64,000 nucleotides of DNA from Burkholderiaceae bacterium (GCA_031538565.1 JAVKLS010000021.1:71024-135023), one strand, 5' to 3'. Shown: positions 31,225 through 40,610, counted from the stretch's first letter. Notes: generated by a model from the sequence alone, not told the origin. Numbers and translations: made by a program.

Positions 31225-31908
31225 CTAAATTTCCAGCCAAATTTTTAATTGCTTGCCAAACACAGGCAAGACATCGCTAATTGTCGCGTCCACGCCAAGC
31301 GTACGCATATCCACGGTTTGCAAGCCCGCATAGCCGCAAGGATTGATGCAACTAAACGGCGCTAAATCCATTGCTACATTGAGCGCCACACCGTGGTAGG
31401 TGCAGTGGCGACTGACTTTAATTCCGAGCGCGGCAATTTTGCCGAGTTGCTCACGGGCAAAAACAGTTTCTGCTGCATCGTGGACTCCGGCAAAGGCTAG
31501 CGGTGTGTGACTTTGCGGGTTGTCTAGCCGCACATAGATGCCAGGGGCCGTGCGCACGCGATGGCCTGTTATGCCAAAGTGTGTCAGTGTGCGGATAACG
31601 GCCTCTTCTAATTTGTACACATATTCTTTGACGAAGTAGCCCGTGCGCTTAAGGTCAAGCAGCGGATAGGCCACCATTTGCCCAGGTCCGTGGTAAGTAA
31701 TTTGTCCGCCGCGATTGGTTTGCACGACGGGAATATCACCTGCAATGAGCAGATGCCCTGGCTTGCCCGATAAGCCTTGCGTAAAAGTAGGGGGATGCTC
31801 GCAAAGCCATAGTTCGTCTGGCGTACCAGGCGTTCGCGCCAGCGTGAATGATTGCATGGCTGCTACGGTGGGGGCGTAGTTTGCCAACCCTAAATTTTTA
31901 AGCTGCAT
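31225..31908 (-). CDS. lipB: Octanoyltransferase LipB
   Basis: Motifs [12 protein letters not shown] and NPCG. The ATG at 31908 is used because the track start at 31911 is TTG. Confidence 0.9.
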   Translation of the reverse strand: MQLKNLGLANYAPTVAAMQSFTLARTPGTPDELWLCEHPPTFTQGLSGKPGHLLIAGDIPVVQTNRGGQITYHGPGQMVAYPLLDLKRTGYFVKEYVYKLEEAVIRTLTHFGITGHRVRTAPGIYVRLDNPQSHTPLAFAGVHDAAETVFAREQLGKIAALGIKVSRHCTYHGVALNVAMDLAPFSCINPCGYAGLQTVDMRTLGVDATISDVLPVFGKQLKIWLEI

Positions 31909-32003
31909 CAAACTCTGCCGCTTTGTGGTTGGCGATGTCTGCGTCCTCGCTGATTAGATGAAGAGGCGTGCTCATGCTGTGCATTTTATGGACTGCCTGC
32001 GCG

Positions 32004-32027
32004 TGCAATGTTTAGGGCAATGTTTAG
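32004..32027. repeat. Perfect tandem 12-mer (GCAATGTTTAGG x2) in the lipB-dsbB divergent intergenic region
   Basis: Seen directly in the sequence. It could be a direct-repeat regulator binding site or a simple duplication. Confidence 0.6.
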
Positions 32028-32085
32028 GCTTGTCGCTTTCAAGATGCGGGAGAATAGGCGAGTTTTAACTCATCTACGGTTATTT

Positions 32086-32598
32086 ATGTCTTCACTACTT
32101 GCGCCTTTTGGTCTTACTGCCCGCCGAGGTTTTGCCCTTATCGCTTTAGTCTGTGCCGCCATGCTGGGCTTTGGGCTTTATTTGCAGCACGCGCTTGGGC
32201 TAGAGCCTTGCCCCATGTGCATCGTTCAGCGCTACGCCTTAATTGGCGTGGGTTTGGTGGCCGTGATTGCCGCAGCGTGCAAGCCGAGATGGTTGTTGTT
32301 GGCGTTTGGTTTGTTGAGCGCGATCTTGGCCGGCTTTGGTGCTTTTGTAGCGGCACGGCAAAGCTGGTTGCAGTGGTATCCGCCCGAGGTGCTGACGTGT
32401 GGACGCGACTTTTACGGCATCATTGAAAACACACCCATGCGCCGCGCTATCCCGTTGATTTTTAAAGGCAGTGGCGATTGCACCAAAGTTGACTGGACGC
32501 TGTTAGGCGGCTCGATTGCCAACTGGTCGTTTGTGTGTTTTGTTGGGCTGATTGCTGTCAGCGCGTATTTGATGTGGGCGTCTAAGCCCAAAGCGTAA
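32086..32598 (+). CDS. dsbB: Disulfide bond formation protein DsbB
   Basis: Start moved to the internal ATG (MSSLLAPFGL...), giving ~170 aa. First periplasmic loop has CPMC, the second cysteine pair is present, and there are four TM helices. Confidence 0.85.
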   Translation: MSSLLAPFGLTARRGFALIALVCAAMLGFGLYLQHALGLEPCPMCIVQRYALIGVGLVAVIAAACKPRWLLLAFGLLSAILAGFGAFVAARQSWLQWYPPEVLTCGRDFYGIIENTPMRRAIPLIFKGSGDCTKVDWTLLGGSIANWSFVCFVGLIAVSAYLMWASKPKA

Positions 32599-32622
32599 AG
32601 GTCGAAATCTTAAATAGGAGTT

Positions 32623-33885
32623 GTGATGTTGAAATATGGCATTCGAGTTGTCGCTATGTTTTTCTGCACGGTGCTAACAATGGGCGTGGTGCTGGCTGCG
32701 GATTGCAATGGCGGTACTTCAACAAAAAAAACGGATACAACGTGTATTGAGCAAGGTCTTCGTGCTGCTGTCGCTTTAAGCGATCGAATGTATCTGGAGG
32801 TGATGAAAAAAATTAACCCTAAAGATCGCGCATTGATGCAAAAAACATGGGGAGAATGGGCGGTAGAACATTCAGATATTTGCAAACTAACACTTGATAC
32901 AGAGGAGCGCATACGCTGGGTTAATGCTGCGCGAAAAGACATCAATAAAGCAGCTTGCCTTTGGCTTTTGATAAGTCGCGACAACAATGGGCTGGAGAGT
33001 ATGCTGGGAAAAAATAGCAGTCCGCAACCAGAATTTAATTTTGATTTTTGGAGTGGGTTATATGCTAATCCCACCAAACCCGTCAGTTTTACCGAGGTGC
33101 TAGAGCCAGCAAGTGTGCCGTTGCCCTCTGCCGCACTTGATCCTAAGCAAGTTGCGGGCGTAGCTCCCGCGAAAGTGGCTGCGCTTAACTTAAAATTTTT
33201 TCCTGCTTTTGCAAATTACGAACGCAATCTTCAGTTGTACGAAAGTGGTGATAGTAAGCTGACGTTGGAGCAGGTTTATACCGAGGCGGTCAACCTAGAA
33301 GAACCATGGATTGCAGATATAGATGCACTGTATCGGGCGGGCGAGGCGAGTGGGGTGCCTTTAGAGGATCAGCCAGAGTACAAGCCGTATCTTGAGTTTC
33401 AAAATAAAGAAGTGGCGCATTTTTCGGCATGGAATAACGAGCTAATGTGGGCGGAGCCACGGATTTTGTTTTACCAAGCGCTTGCACAAAAGCGCGGCAC
33501 GCCAGCGGATCAGGCGTTTTTTACTGCCAGACCATTTGACAAAAAATCGTATCTTGAAATGGTGACGGATTACAGCGTGTGCACTGTCTTTGGTGAGGGG
33601 CAGATTGTGAATTCGTATAGCGCCTGGCATCGTTATGCGAAGCAATACCCCACGGCTTATCAAAAGTATGCAAAAAATTTTTTACAAGATGCTATTGAAG
33701 AGTTGACCCAAGGTCATTGTGTTTGTGGTGGACAAGACGATTGGAAAAAAGAGCTTCAGTTGTTTATAAAAACATATCCAAAATCCAAACTCAATCCGCT
33801 GCTTAAACGCCGTTTAACTTCGTTGCGTTATGTGGTTCTAGCTGAATCGATTTTGCCTATGGAGTTTCAGTGCCGTCCCCATTAG
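32623..33885 (+). CDS. Secreted protein of unknown function with an N-terminal DUF1311/LprI-like Cys-rich helical domain
   Basis: Signal peptide, then the pattern C-x12-C...L..Y......Q..W..W......C. I recognise nothing in the remaining ~300 aa. The gene looks more AT-rich by eye than its neighbours. Confidence 0.55.
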   Translation: MMLKYGIRVVAMFFCTVLTMGVVLAADCNGGTSTKKTDTTCIEQGLRAAVALSDRMYLEVMKKINPKDRALMQKTWGEWAVEHSDICKLTLDTEERIRWVNAARKDINKAACLWLLISRDNNGLESMLGKNSSPQPEFNFDFWSGLYANPTKPVSFTEVLEPASVPLPSAALDPKQVAGVAPAKVAALNLKFFPAFANYERNLQLYESGDSKLTLEQVYTEAVNLEEPWIADIDALYRAGEASGVPLEDQPEYKPYLEFQNKEVAHFSAWNNELMWAEPRILFYQALAQKRGTPADQAFFTARPFDKKSYLEMVTDYSVCTVFGEGQIVNSYSAWHRYAKQYPTAYQKYAKNFLQDAIEELTQGHCVCGGQDDWKKELQLFIKTYPKSKLNPLLKRRLTSLRYVVLAESILPMEFQCRPH

Positions 33886-33895
33886 TGTTGTTGGT

Positions 33896-36343
33896 TTAAA
33901 CCTCAAACACCGCCTGCCACAACGTCTTGATGGCGGCTTGCTCATCCGCTAATTCATCACTCGGCAGCACCGCTTTTTGTTCTTGCAACCGCGCCGCGTG
34001 TTGCTTGTCGCGTAGCACTTGGTAGGCATCTGCCGCACGTTGCCCTACGCCTGCGGGCAAGAGGTGCTGCGCTTGGCTGATGCGCAGCAGTTCGATATTG
34101 CCCACGTTGCCCAGCAAGGCGGGATGCGTTTTAGAAAAAGCCAATACTAGATATTGCACGGCAAACTCCGCATCCATCATGCCGCCTTGACTGTGCTTGA
34201 TATCGAATTGCCCGCTCTGCACGGAGTGCGCTGCGTAGAGTTTGCGGCGCATGGCAAGCACTTCGGCTTTGAGTGCTGCCGTATCGCGCGGCGTTTGCAG
34301 CACTTGGGTGCGAATGGTATGGAAGCGATCTTGCCACTCTTGGCTGCCAAAGGCGCAGCGGGCACGCGTCATGGCTTGTAACTCCCATGTCCATGCGGTA
34401 TTGCTGCCGCGCTGCAATTGATATTGGGTGTAGGACTGAATGGACGTCACTAGTAAGCCTGAGTTGCCGTTGGGGCGCAGTGCGGTATCGATTTCGTACA
34501 AATCGCCTTCGCTGGTTTTGGCGGTGAGCCAAGCAATCAGTTTTCGAACAAGCGCGGTGTAGCGCATGGTGGCGTTGTCGCTGTCGTCATCAAATAAAAA
34601 CACGATGTCTAAATCGCTGCCGTAGCCCAGCTCTTTGCCGCCTAGTTTGCCGTAGGCGATGATGGCAAAACGCGCAAGCGCATCGGGCGCAGCCACCCCT
34701 GTGCGCAAATTGGGGCTGATGTACTCCCAGCACCAAGGCAGTGCTAGCGCCAGCAGGCTGTCGGCAAGGCTGGAGAGCTCGTCGCCCACGTCGCGTACCG
34801 AGAGCAGTCCTTGAATGTCGCGCACCAAGATGCGAAACACTTCGGCGTGATGGGCGCGGCGCAGTAAGTCCAGCAGGGCTTCCTCGTCGCACAGCCCTGT
34901 GGCTTGCAGCGCGGCGTATTGGCGTTGCACTTTAGCGGTAAACGCCGCGGCGTCAAAGCGCGTGGTGAGCACGTCGGGACGTTTGAGTTCATCCGCCGCA
35001 TCGGGGTGCTTGCGTAAATAGCTCACCGTCCACGCTGCTTTTTTTTGTATGTCCTCTAGCGTGACGGTGAATGCGGAGGACATGAGTCCCAGCCCATGCT
35101 GCAACCACTGCTCGAAAATAGTGGCGACTTGTGCTCGGTGCGTGTCAAGCGTCAGTTGAAATGCGGGCACGTCGGCAAAGCCCATGCTGGTTGCCAACCA
35201 CGCAAGGTCTTTGGCATCATGCGGTAGGGTGTGGGTTTGCGCGTCATTTAAATACTGAATGCGGTGTTCAAGCCTGCGCAAAAAAACATAAGCGTGGTTG
35301 AGCACTTGCGCGGTTGGCGCATCCATCAAACCTGCGGCTTGTAGCCTGGCTAGCGCTGTTTGCGTGGGACGCGCCAGCAGCTCGGGCTGTCTGCCGCCGC
35401 GCACAATTTGCAGCACTTGCGCGGCAAATTCAATTTCGCGTATGCCACCAAGTCCTAGTTTGATGTCGCGCTGCCCGTCGTGACCATCGACCTGTTTGCG
35501 GATGAGGGCGTGCAGTTCGTGCAGGGCAGTAAAAACTTTGAAATCTAAAAATCGACGGAATACAAATGCGCGTACCACGGCGCGCAGCGGCAGTACGTCT
35601 TGGGCGCTACGCCCTGTTTGGATGACGCGTGATTTGAGCCATGCAAAGCGTTCCCACTCGCGTCCCGAGCGTTGAAAGTACTGCGCCAGCGTGGAGAGCG
35701 ATACGGCAAGCGCTCCTTCGCTGCCGTAGGGGCGTAGCGCCAAATCGACGCGAAAAACAAAACCGTGGAATGTAGCGTCGGCAAGCAGATTTTTGATGCG
35801 CCGCACCTGCGCGGCAAAAAATGCGTGGTTAGAAATAACAGTTTGTGCGGCTGTGTTTGCGCTCGTGTCGCCATCATGGTCGTACACAAAGATGAGGTCG
35901 ATGTCGCTGGAGACATTGAGTTCGCGCGCCCCCAGTTTGCCCATGCCGATCGTCCACAGCGTTGCAGTTTGAGTGCCGTGCATGGGCTCGCCGTGCAAGG
36001 CGACAAGCTCCGCGTGCGCGGTTTGTGCGGCAACGGCAAGGCAAACTTCAGCTAGATTGGTCATGCCTTGCATCACCACATCTAGCGACGCGGCTTGTTC
36101 GCAATCGAGTTGGTAGAGGCGATAAAAAACGATTTGCCGCAGCACACGCAAGCGCTCATCAATGGTCGTGTATCCTTTATTTTTCAAGGCTTGCAGCGCG
36201 GAGTGGATTGCATCAGAAGTGGGCAAACCTTGCGGCAAACAATTGAAGTCAGCTTGATAGCGATTGGCAATTTTTTCGGTGGCGTATGTCAAAATAGTTG
36301 TCTTCGATGATTTTGAAAAAGGGATGATATGGCAACTACGCAA
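33896..36343 (-). CDS. glnE: Bifunctional glutamine synthetase adenylyltransferase/adenylyl-removing enzyme GlnE (short N-terminus; start uncertain)
   Basis: Two nucleotidyltransferase modules (GMGKLGARELNVSSDIDLIFVYD and YGKLGGKELGYGSDLDIVFLFD). The track start is a TTG that overlaps the divergent paaI-like gene by 15 nt. Confidence 0.85.
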   Translation of the reverse strand: MRSCHIIPFSKSSKTTILTYATEKIANRYQADFNCLPQGLPTSDAIHSALQALKNKGYTTIDERLRVLRQIVFYRLYQLDCEQAASLDVVMQGMTNLAEVCLAVAAQTAHAELVALHGEPMHGTQTATLWTIGMGKLGARELNVSSDIDLIFVYDHDGDTSANTAAQTVISNHAFFAAQVRRIKNLLADATFHGFVFRVDLALRPYGSEGALAVSLSTLAQYFQRSGREWERFAWLKSRVIQTGRSAQDVLPLRAVVRAFVFRRFLDFKVFTALHELHALIRKQVDGHDGQRDIKLGLGGIREIEFAAQVLQIVRGGRQPELLARPTQTALARLQAAGLMDAPTAQVLNHAYVFLRRLEHRIQYLNDAQTHTLPHDAKDLAWLATSMGFADVPAFQLTLDTHRAQVATIFEQWLQHGLGLMSSAFTVTLEDIQKKAAWTVSYLRKHPDAADELKRPDVLTTRFDAAAFTAKVQRQYAALQATGLCDEEALLDLLRRAHHAEVFRILVRDIQGLLSVRDVGDELSSLADSLLALALPWCWEYISPNLRTGVAAPDALARFAIIAYGKLGGKELGYGSDLDIVFLFDDDSDNATMRYTALVRKLIAWLTAKTSEGDLYEIDTALRPNGNSGLLVTSIQSYTQYQLQRGSNTAWTWELQAMTRARCAFGSQEWQDRFHTIRTQVLQTPRDTAALKAEVLAMRRKLYAAHSVQSGQFDIKHSQGGMMDAEFAVQYLVLAFSKTHPALLGNVGNIELLRISQAQHLLPAGVGQRAADAYQVLRDKQHAARLQEQKAVLPSDELADEQAAIKTLWQAVFEV

Positions 36344-36862
36344 GACTGGCTTTTAGAAGCGCAAGCAATCAAAGAAAAAATGCTAGCAGGCGGCGGCGCG
36401 GCCGGTGTTGCAACGCGCGAGCAAGTCGGGCATTTGAGCGGGATTGAAGTTTTTCAAGCCATCCTAGCGGGCAAACTACCTTACGCCAGCGTGGGTAAGT
36501 TGCTCGACTATTCGCTGGTTTCGGTGGAGCTTGGTCAAGTGGTGTTTCAAGGCTCGCCCTCAAATGAGTTTTTAAATCCTATGGGTACGGTGCATGGCGG
36601 TTGGTACGGCACGCTACTCGACTCCGCAATGGGCTGCGCTGTGCACACCATGCTGCCTGCGGGGCGCGGCTTTACGACAGCGGAGTACAGCATCAATATG
36701 GTGCGCGGCGTGAAGTTGGGCGGGGTTTACCGAACCATTGGCAAGGTGCTGCACAGTGGGCGGCAAATGGCAACCGCAGAAGGCCGTATCGTGGACGCGG
36801 ACGGTAAGCTCTATGCCCACGGCACAACGACTTGCTTTGTGTTTGATATGCCTAAAGCTTGA
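36329..36862 (+). CDS. PaaI-family hotdog-fold thioesterase
   Basis: 177 aa with a NPMGTVHGGWYGTLLDSAMG motif typical of PaaI/YdiI thioesterases. Confidence 0.8.
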   Translation: MATTQDWLLEAQAIKEKMLAGGGAAGVATREQVGHLSGIEVFQAILAGKLPYASVGKLLDYSLVSVELGQVVFQGSPSNEFLNPMGTVHGGWYGTLLDSAMGCAVHTMLPAGRGFTTAEYSINMVRGVKLGGVYRTIGKVLHSGRQMATAEGRIVDADGKLYAHGTTTCFVFDMPKA

Positions 36863-36869
36863 GAGTGGC

Positions 36870-37790
36870 GTGCCCACCTTGCAATTACTTCACACCCTGC
36901 TGCGCGCTGGCAATCTCAGGCATTGCGCGGATTTAAAAAAAATACGTCTCGCTATTTTTTTCGGTCTTGTTGGTGCGACGCTGCCCGCCATAGCGCAAAT
37001 GGCATCGCCGCGCACCTTCACTATTTACGAATTTTTGCCGTGGCAGGTGAAGCAAGCGGATGGCTCGATTAACCGAGCGATCAAGCTGACCGACTACGCA
37101 GCACAGTTTGGCATTAAACATGTCAAGGTGATTTACGAAAAATACTACTTCACGAATGGACAGCCCGATCCAGAAAAAATCAATGCATTGGCGCGAGATA
37201 CCGACAACGACCCTGCCAGCATTGTGTCGTTTGACACCGAGTTTGGAAATCGCTTTCGTCCCGAAACCGTCATACCAAAGGTGCTGGATATTTTGCAAAT
37301 CTACCGTAGCGCCAATCCCAAAGCCAAGGCTGGGGTTTATGCCGTAGCGCCGCAAAACACCTATGGCTGGAAGTCTGACATTGCTAAAAATGAGGCGTTG
37401 AATCAGCAGTACGCGCCCGTGGCCCAGGCGGTCGATTTTTTAAGCCCCGTTTTGTACAACTACAACCAGAGCGATATGAATGCGTGGATGCGATCGGCGC
37501 AGTACAACATGGTTGCAGCCCAAAAGTATGGGACGAACAAGCCCATCATTCCCTACATCACGCCTAGCTATGGCCCGCAATCGGCGGATAGAAATGGACA
37601 CAATCCCGTGCAACAATTGACCGAGCAAGAGATGACGGCGCGTCTGCAAGCACTCTACGACTTAGGCGCTGCGGGTTGCATTGTGTGGGGTGGCAGTAGC
37701 GACCGTGATGCCGACGGCAAGCAGCCCGTGTTTGATGCCAGTCAAGGCTGGGGAAAAGCACTGGTGGAGTTTGCTAAAGTGCATAAATAA
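36870..37790 (+). CDS. Secreted TIM-barrel-like protein with GH56 (animal-type hyaluronidase)-like motifs; start uncertain (GTG 36870 / TTG 36879)
   Basis: The signal peptide KKIRLAIFFGLVGATLPAIAQ only exists if a non-ATG start is used. Motifs FDTEF, GVYAVAP, DFLSPVLYNY, IIPYITPSY and DLGAAGCIVWGGSSD parallel the GH56 blocks DFE, WGYYxxP, LxPSxY and LGAxGxIxWGSS. Confidence 0.5.
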   Translation: MPTLQLLHTLLRAGNLRHCADLKKIRLAIFFGLVGATLPAIAQMASPRTFTIYEFLPWQVKQADGSINRAIKLTDYAAQFGIKHVKVIYEKYYFTNGQPDPEKINALARDTDNDPASIVSFDTEFGNRFRPETVIPKVLDILQIYRSANPKAKAGVYAVAPQNTYGWKSDIAKNEALNQQYAPVAQAVDFLSPVLYNYNQSDMNAWMRSAQYNMVAAQKYGTNKPIIPYITPSYGPQSADRNGHNPVQQLTEQEMTARLQALYDLGAAGCIVWGGSSDRDADGKQPVFDASQGWGKALVEFAKVHK

Positions 37791-37826
37791 TTTCAAATTT
37801 CGCATTGCACTAATAGTGCCGCAGCG

Positions 37827-39194
37827 CTAGCGCATTCCTAGTTGTTTCATCCCGCCCATTGCGCCGAGCTTTTGCATCATTTTCATCATGCCGCCGCCCT
37901 TCATTTTTTTCATCATGCCTTGCATTTGCTCGAACTCGTTTAGCATGCGGTTGACCTCTTGAACCTGCACACCCGCACCCGCAGCGATACGGCGCTTGCG
38001 AGTGGCTTTAATGATGTCGGGTTTGCGGCGCTCATGCGGCGTCATGCTGTGGATGATGCCTTGTTTTTTTAGGATGTCGCGGTCGGCTTTATCTAAGTCT
38101 TGCCCTTTGGCTTTTGCTGCCATTTGACCTGGCAGTTTGTCCATGATGCTTTGCAGACCTCCCATAGCGCGCATTTGCTGGATTTGACCGAGGAAGTCTT
38201 CGAGGTCAAAGCTCGCGCCACTTTTCATCTTGGCTGCTATTTTTTGCGCCGCAGCAGCGTCTACGCCACTGGTGATTTGCTCGACTAGCGCCACGATATC
38301 GCCCATGCCGAGGATGCGTCCTGCAAAGCGCTGGGCATCAAAAACTTCGAGACCGTCTATTTTTTCGCTCACACCTGCAAACTTGATGGGTACGCCCGTT
38401 ATTTGCCGCACTGACAGCGCCGCACCACCGCGCGAGTCGCCATCGGTTTTGGTGAGGATGATGCCCGTGAGTGGCAGCGCATCGCCAAAGGCCTTCGCCA
38501 CATTAGCGGCATCTTGGCCTTGCATGGCATCGACGACGAAGAGTGTTTCGACGGGCTGAGCTACTTTGTGCAGCGCCTTGATTTCGCTCATCAACTGCTC
38601 GTCCACACCCGTGCGACCTGCGGTGTCGATTAAGAGTACATCGAAGTAATGCTTTTTGGCGTAGTCGATGGCCGCTAGGGCAATATCCACGGGATTTTGC
38701 GATGGGTCGGATGGAAACCATTCGGCGCCTGCTTGCGCGGTGACAGTTTTTAGTTGCTCGATAGCGGCGGGGCGATACACGTCGCCGCTCACGGTTAGGA
38801 CTTTCTTTTTGCGCTTGTCAATGAGGTGCTTTGCCAGCTTGGCGGTGGTGGTGGTTTTACCTGCGCCTTGCAGGCCTGCCATCAAAATCACCGCAGGAGG
38901 CTGCGCTGCGAGGTTGATGTCAGCAATGCCATCGCCCATTGTGCTCATGAGCTCTTGGTTCACCACGCCCACCAAGGCCTGCCCAGGCGTGAGCGATCCC
39001 ACTACTTCTTGACCTAGTGATTTTTCTTTGATGCGTGCCACAAAATCGCGCACCACAGATAGCGCAACATCGGCTTCTAAAAGCGCCATGCGTACTTCGC
39101 GCAGCATACCTTCGACATTGGATTCGGTGATGCGGGATTCACCGCGCAAGCGTTTGGCAAGAATCGAAAGTTTGTCTGCAAGCAGGGATGACAT
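37827..39194 (-). CDS. ffh: Signal recognition particle protein Ffh
   Basis: N and G domains (GLQGAGKTTT, DTAGR, TKTDGD) and a Met-rich M domain. Confidence 0.95.
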   Translation of the reverse strand: MSSLLADKLSILAKRLRGESRITESNVEGMLREVRMALLEADVALSVVRDFVARIKEKSLGQEVVGSLTPGQALVGVVNQELMSTMGDGIADINLAAQPPAVILMAGLQGAGKTTTTAKLAKHLIDKRKKKVLTVSGDVYRPAAIEQLKTVTAQAGAEWFPSDPSQNPVDIALAAIDYAKKHYFDVLLIDTAGRTGVDEQLMSEIKALHKVAQPVETLFVVDAMQGQDAANVAKAFGDALPLTGIILTKTDGDSRGGAALSVRQITGVPIKFAGVSEKIDGLEVFDAQRFAGRILGMGDIVALVEQITSGVDAAAAQKIAAKMKSGASFDLEDFLGQIQQMRAMGGLQSIMDKLPGQMAAKAKGQDLDKADRDILKKQGIIHSMTPHERRKPDIIKATRKRRIAAGAGVQVQEVNRMLNEFEQMQGMMKKMKGGGMMKMMQKLGAMGGMKQLGMR

Positions 39195-39214
39195 AAGGTT
39201 TTTTCTACTAAACT

Positions 39215-39754
39215 GTGAGCATGATTTTGCTCAACATTCTACTGATTGCTCTTTTTGCATCTGGGTTTGGACTGGCGCTGGCGCATCTTGCTCAATTGGG
39301 CGTTGCGGGTGATTCGCCGTGGTTGCTGGCGCATATTGGTACGGCTTTGGCGGCGTATGCGCTGTTTGCGGCTGCTATCGTGTGTGCGTGGTTGTTTGCG
39401 CAAATCGAGCGCAATTTAAAAACCAAAGTGATTGTCGCGCCACGCATTCCGTTACTAACCTTAGAGCACTGGATGTTTGCTTTCGTGTATGCGGGCTTTG
39501 CACTGCTGACCCTGAGTTTGGCTTTGGGCGGCATAGCGGGCGGCGTGGGGTTTTTATTCAAATTGCAGCATAAAACTATCTTCACTGCGTTGGCGTGGCT
39601 GTGTTTTGCTGTATTGGTGTGGGGGCGAATTCGCCTTGGTTGGCGCGGTGCCAAGGCGGTGCGCATGGTGCATTTTGGTAGTGCGTTTTTACTTTTGGCG
39701 TATGTGGGCACGCATTTTGTCTTGCACGTTATTTTGAAGCGCGGCGGGGCATAA
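39215..39754 (+). CDS. Cytochrome c assembly (CcsA/YpjD)-family inner-membrane protein, short form
   Basis: It aligns with the C-terminal ~140 aa of YpjD (WGRIRLGWRGAKAV...) and has the conserved divergent arrangement with ffh. A stop lies immediately upstream, so the ORF cannot be extended. Confidence 0.65.
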   Translation: MSMILLNILLIALFASGFGLALAHLAQLGVAGDSPWLLAHIGTALAAYALFAAAIVCAWLFAQIERNLKTKVIVAPRIPLLTLEHWMFAFVYAGFALLTLSLALGGIAGGVGFLFKLQHKTIFTALAWLCFAVLVWGRIRLGWRGAKAVRMVHFGSAFLLLAYVGTHFVLHVILKRGGA

Positions 39755-39756
39755 GT

Positions 39757-39987
39757 ATGGTCTCTAAATACCTGCTCATTTTGGTTGTGCTGCTGTGCAT
39801 CATTTTTATTTGGCGTAGTCATCGCAAAGCCGCGCATAAAGAGCGCCAAGCAAGCGATGAGCGTGCCAAGGTAATTGACATGACTCCCTGCCGATGGTGT
39901 GCGGTGCACATTCCAGCAAGTGAAGCCGTGCAGGGCAGGCATGGGGGTTATTGCTCGGTCGCGCATTGCCAAAAAGCCGAGCCTTAA
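39757..39987 (+). CDS. PP0621-family small protein (TM helix plus C-terminal Cys motif)
   Basis: 76 aa with an N-terminal TM helix and CRWCAVHIP...GGYCSVAHC. It occupies the conserved position after ypjD. Confidence 0.6.
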   Translation: MVSKYLLILVVLLCIIFIWRSHRKAAHKERQASDERAKVIDMTPCRWCAVHIPASEAVQGRHGGYCSVAHCQKAEP

Positions 39988-40000
39988 ATCCTCTTTGCGT

Positions 40001-40573
40001 ATGGCTGCTTTGCGAATAGACGGATTGTGGGATCGGGGGTGGTATCGCTTTGCGCGGCGACTTGAGTCCCCCAATTTTGGCTCGCGCCCTGCGGATTCGG
40101 CGGTGGATTTAGTGGTCATTCATTCCATTAGCTTGCCACCCGAGCAATACGGAACGGGCTGTATCCAGCAATTGTTTACCAACACGCTTAATTGGAGTGC
40201 GCATCCTTATTTTGAAACGATTCGCGAGCAAAAAGTATCGAGTCATTTTTTGATTGAACGCACGGGTGTGCTCTGGCAGTTTGTGAGCGTGAATGATCGC
40301 GCATGGCATGCCGGGCAGTCGAGTTACACGAGCAAATCGGGAAAAGTCAAAAATAATTGCAATGATTTTTCGGTCGGCATTGAGCTAGAAGGTGTGCTTG
40401 GGAGTCCGTTTACCGACCCCCAGTATGAAAGCCTTGGTAGCTTAAATAGCGCGCTTGGACTTATCTATTCAGGCCTCGAATTTGCGGGGCACGAGCATAT
40501 CGCGCCTGGACGCAAGAATGACCCTGGATCTGGCTTTGATTGGCCGCGTTTGCGACGTGAATTGGGTCACTAA
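40001..40573 (+). CDS. ampD: 1,6-anhydro-N-acetylmuramyl-L-alanine amidase AmpD
   Basis: Start moved to the ATG at 40001. Amidase_2 motifs VIHSISLP, AWHAG, NDFSVGIELEG and HEHIAPGRKNDPG are present. Confidence 0.85.
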   Translation: MAALRIDGLWDRGWYRFARRLESPNFGSRPADSAVDLVVIHSISLPPEQYGTGCIQQLFTNTLNWSAHPYFETIREQKVSSHFLIERTGVLWQFVSVNDRAWHAGQSSYTSKSGKVKNNCNDFSVGIELEGVLGSPFTDPQYESLGSLNSALGLIYSGLEFAGHEHIAPGRKNDPGSGFDWPRLRRELGH

Positions 40574-40610
40574 TTTGACTTAAACTAGGGAAAGTCCTAG
40601 AAACTTCGGT

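Noticed and set aside
39292-40119. A 275-aa minus-strand ORF spanning the ypjD-like, PP0621 and ampD starts.
   Set aside because: It is antisense to three syntenic, motif-supported genes. Its low-complexity, basic composition gives no support.
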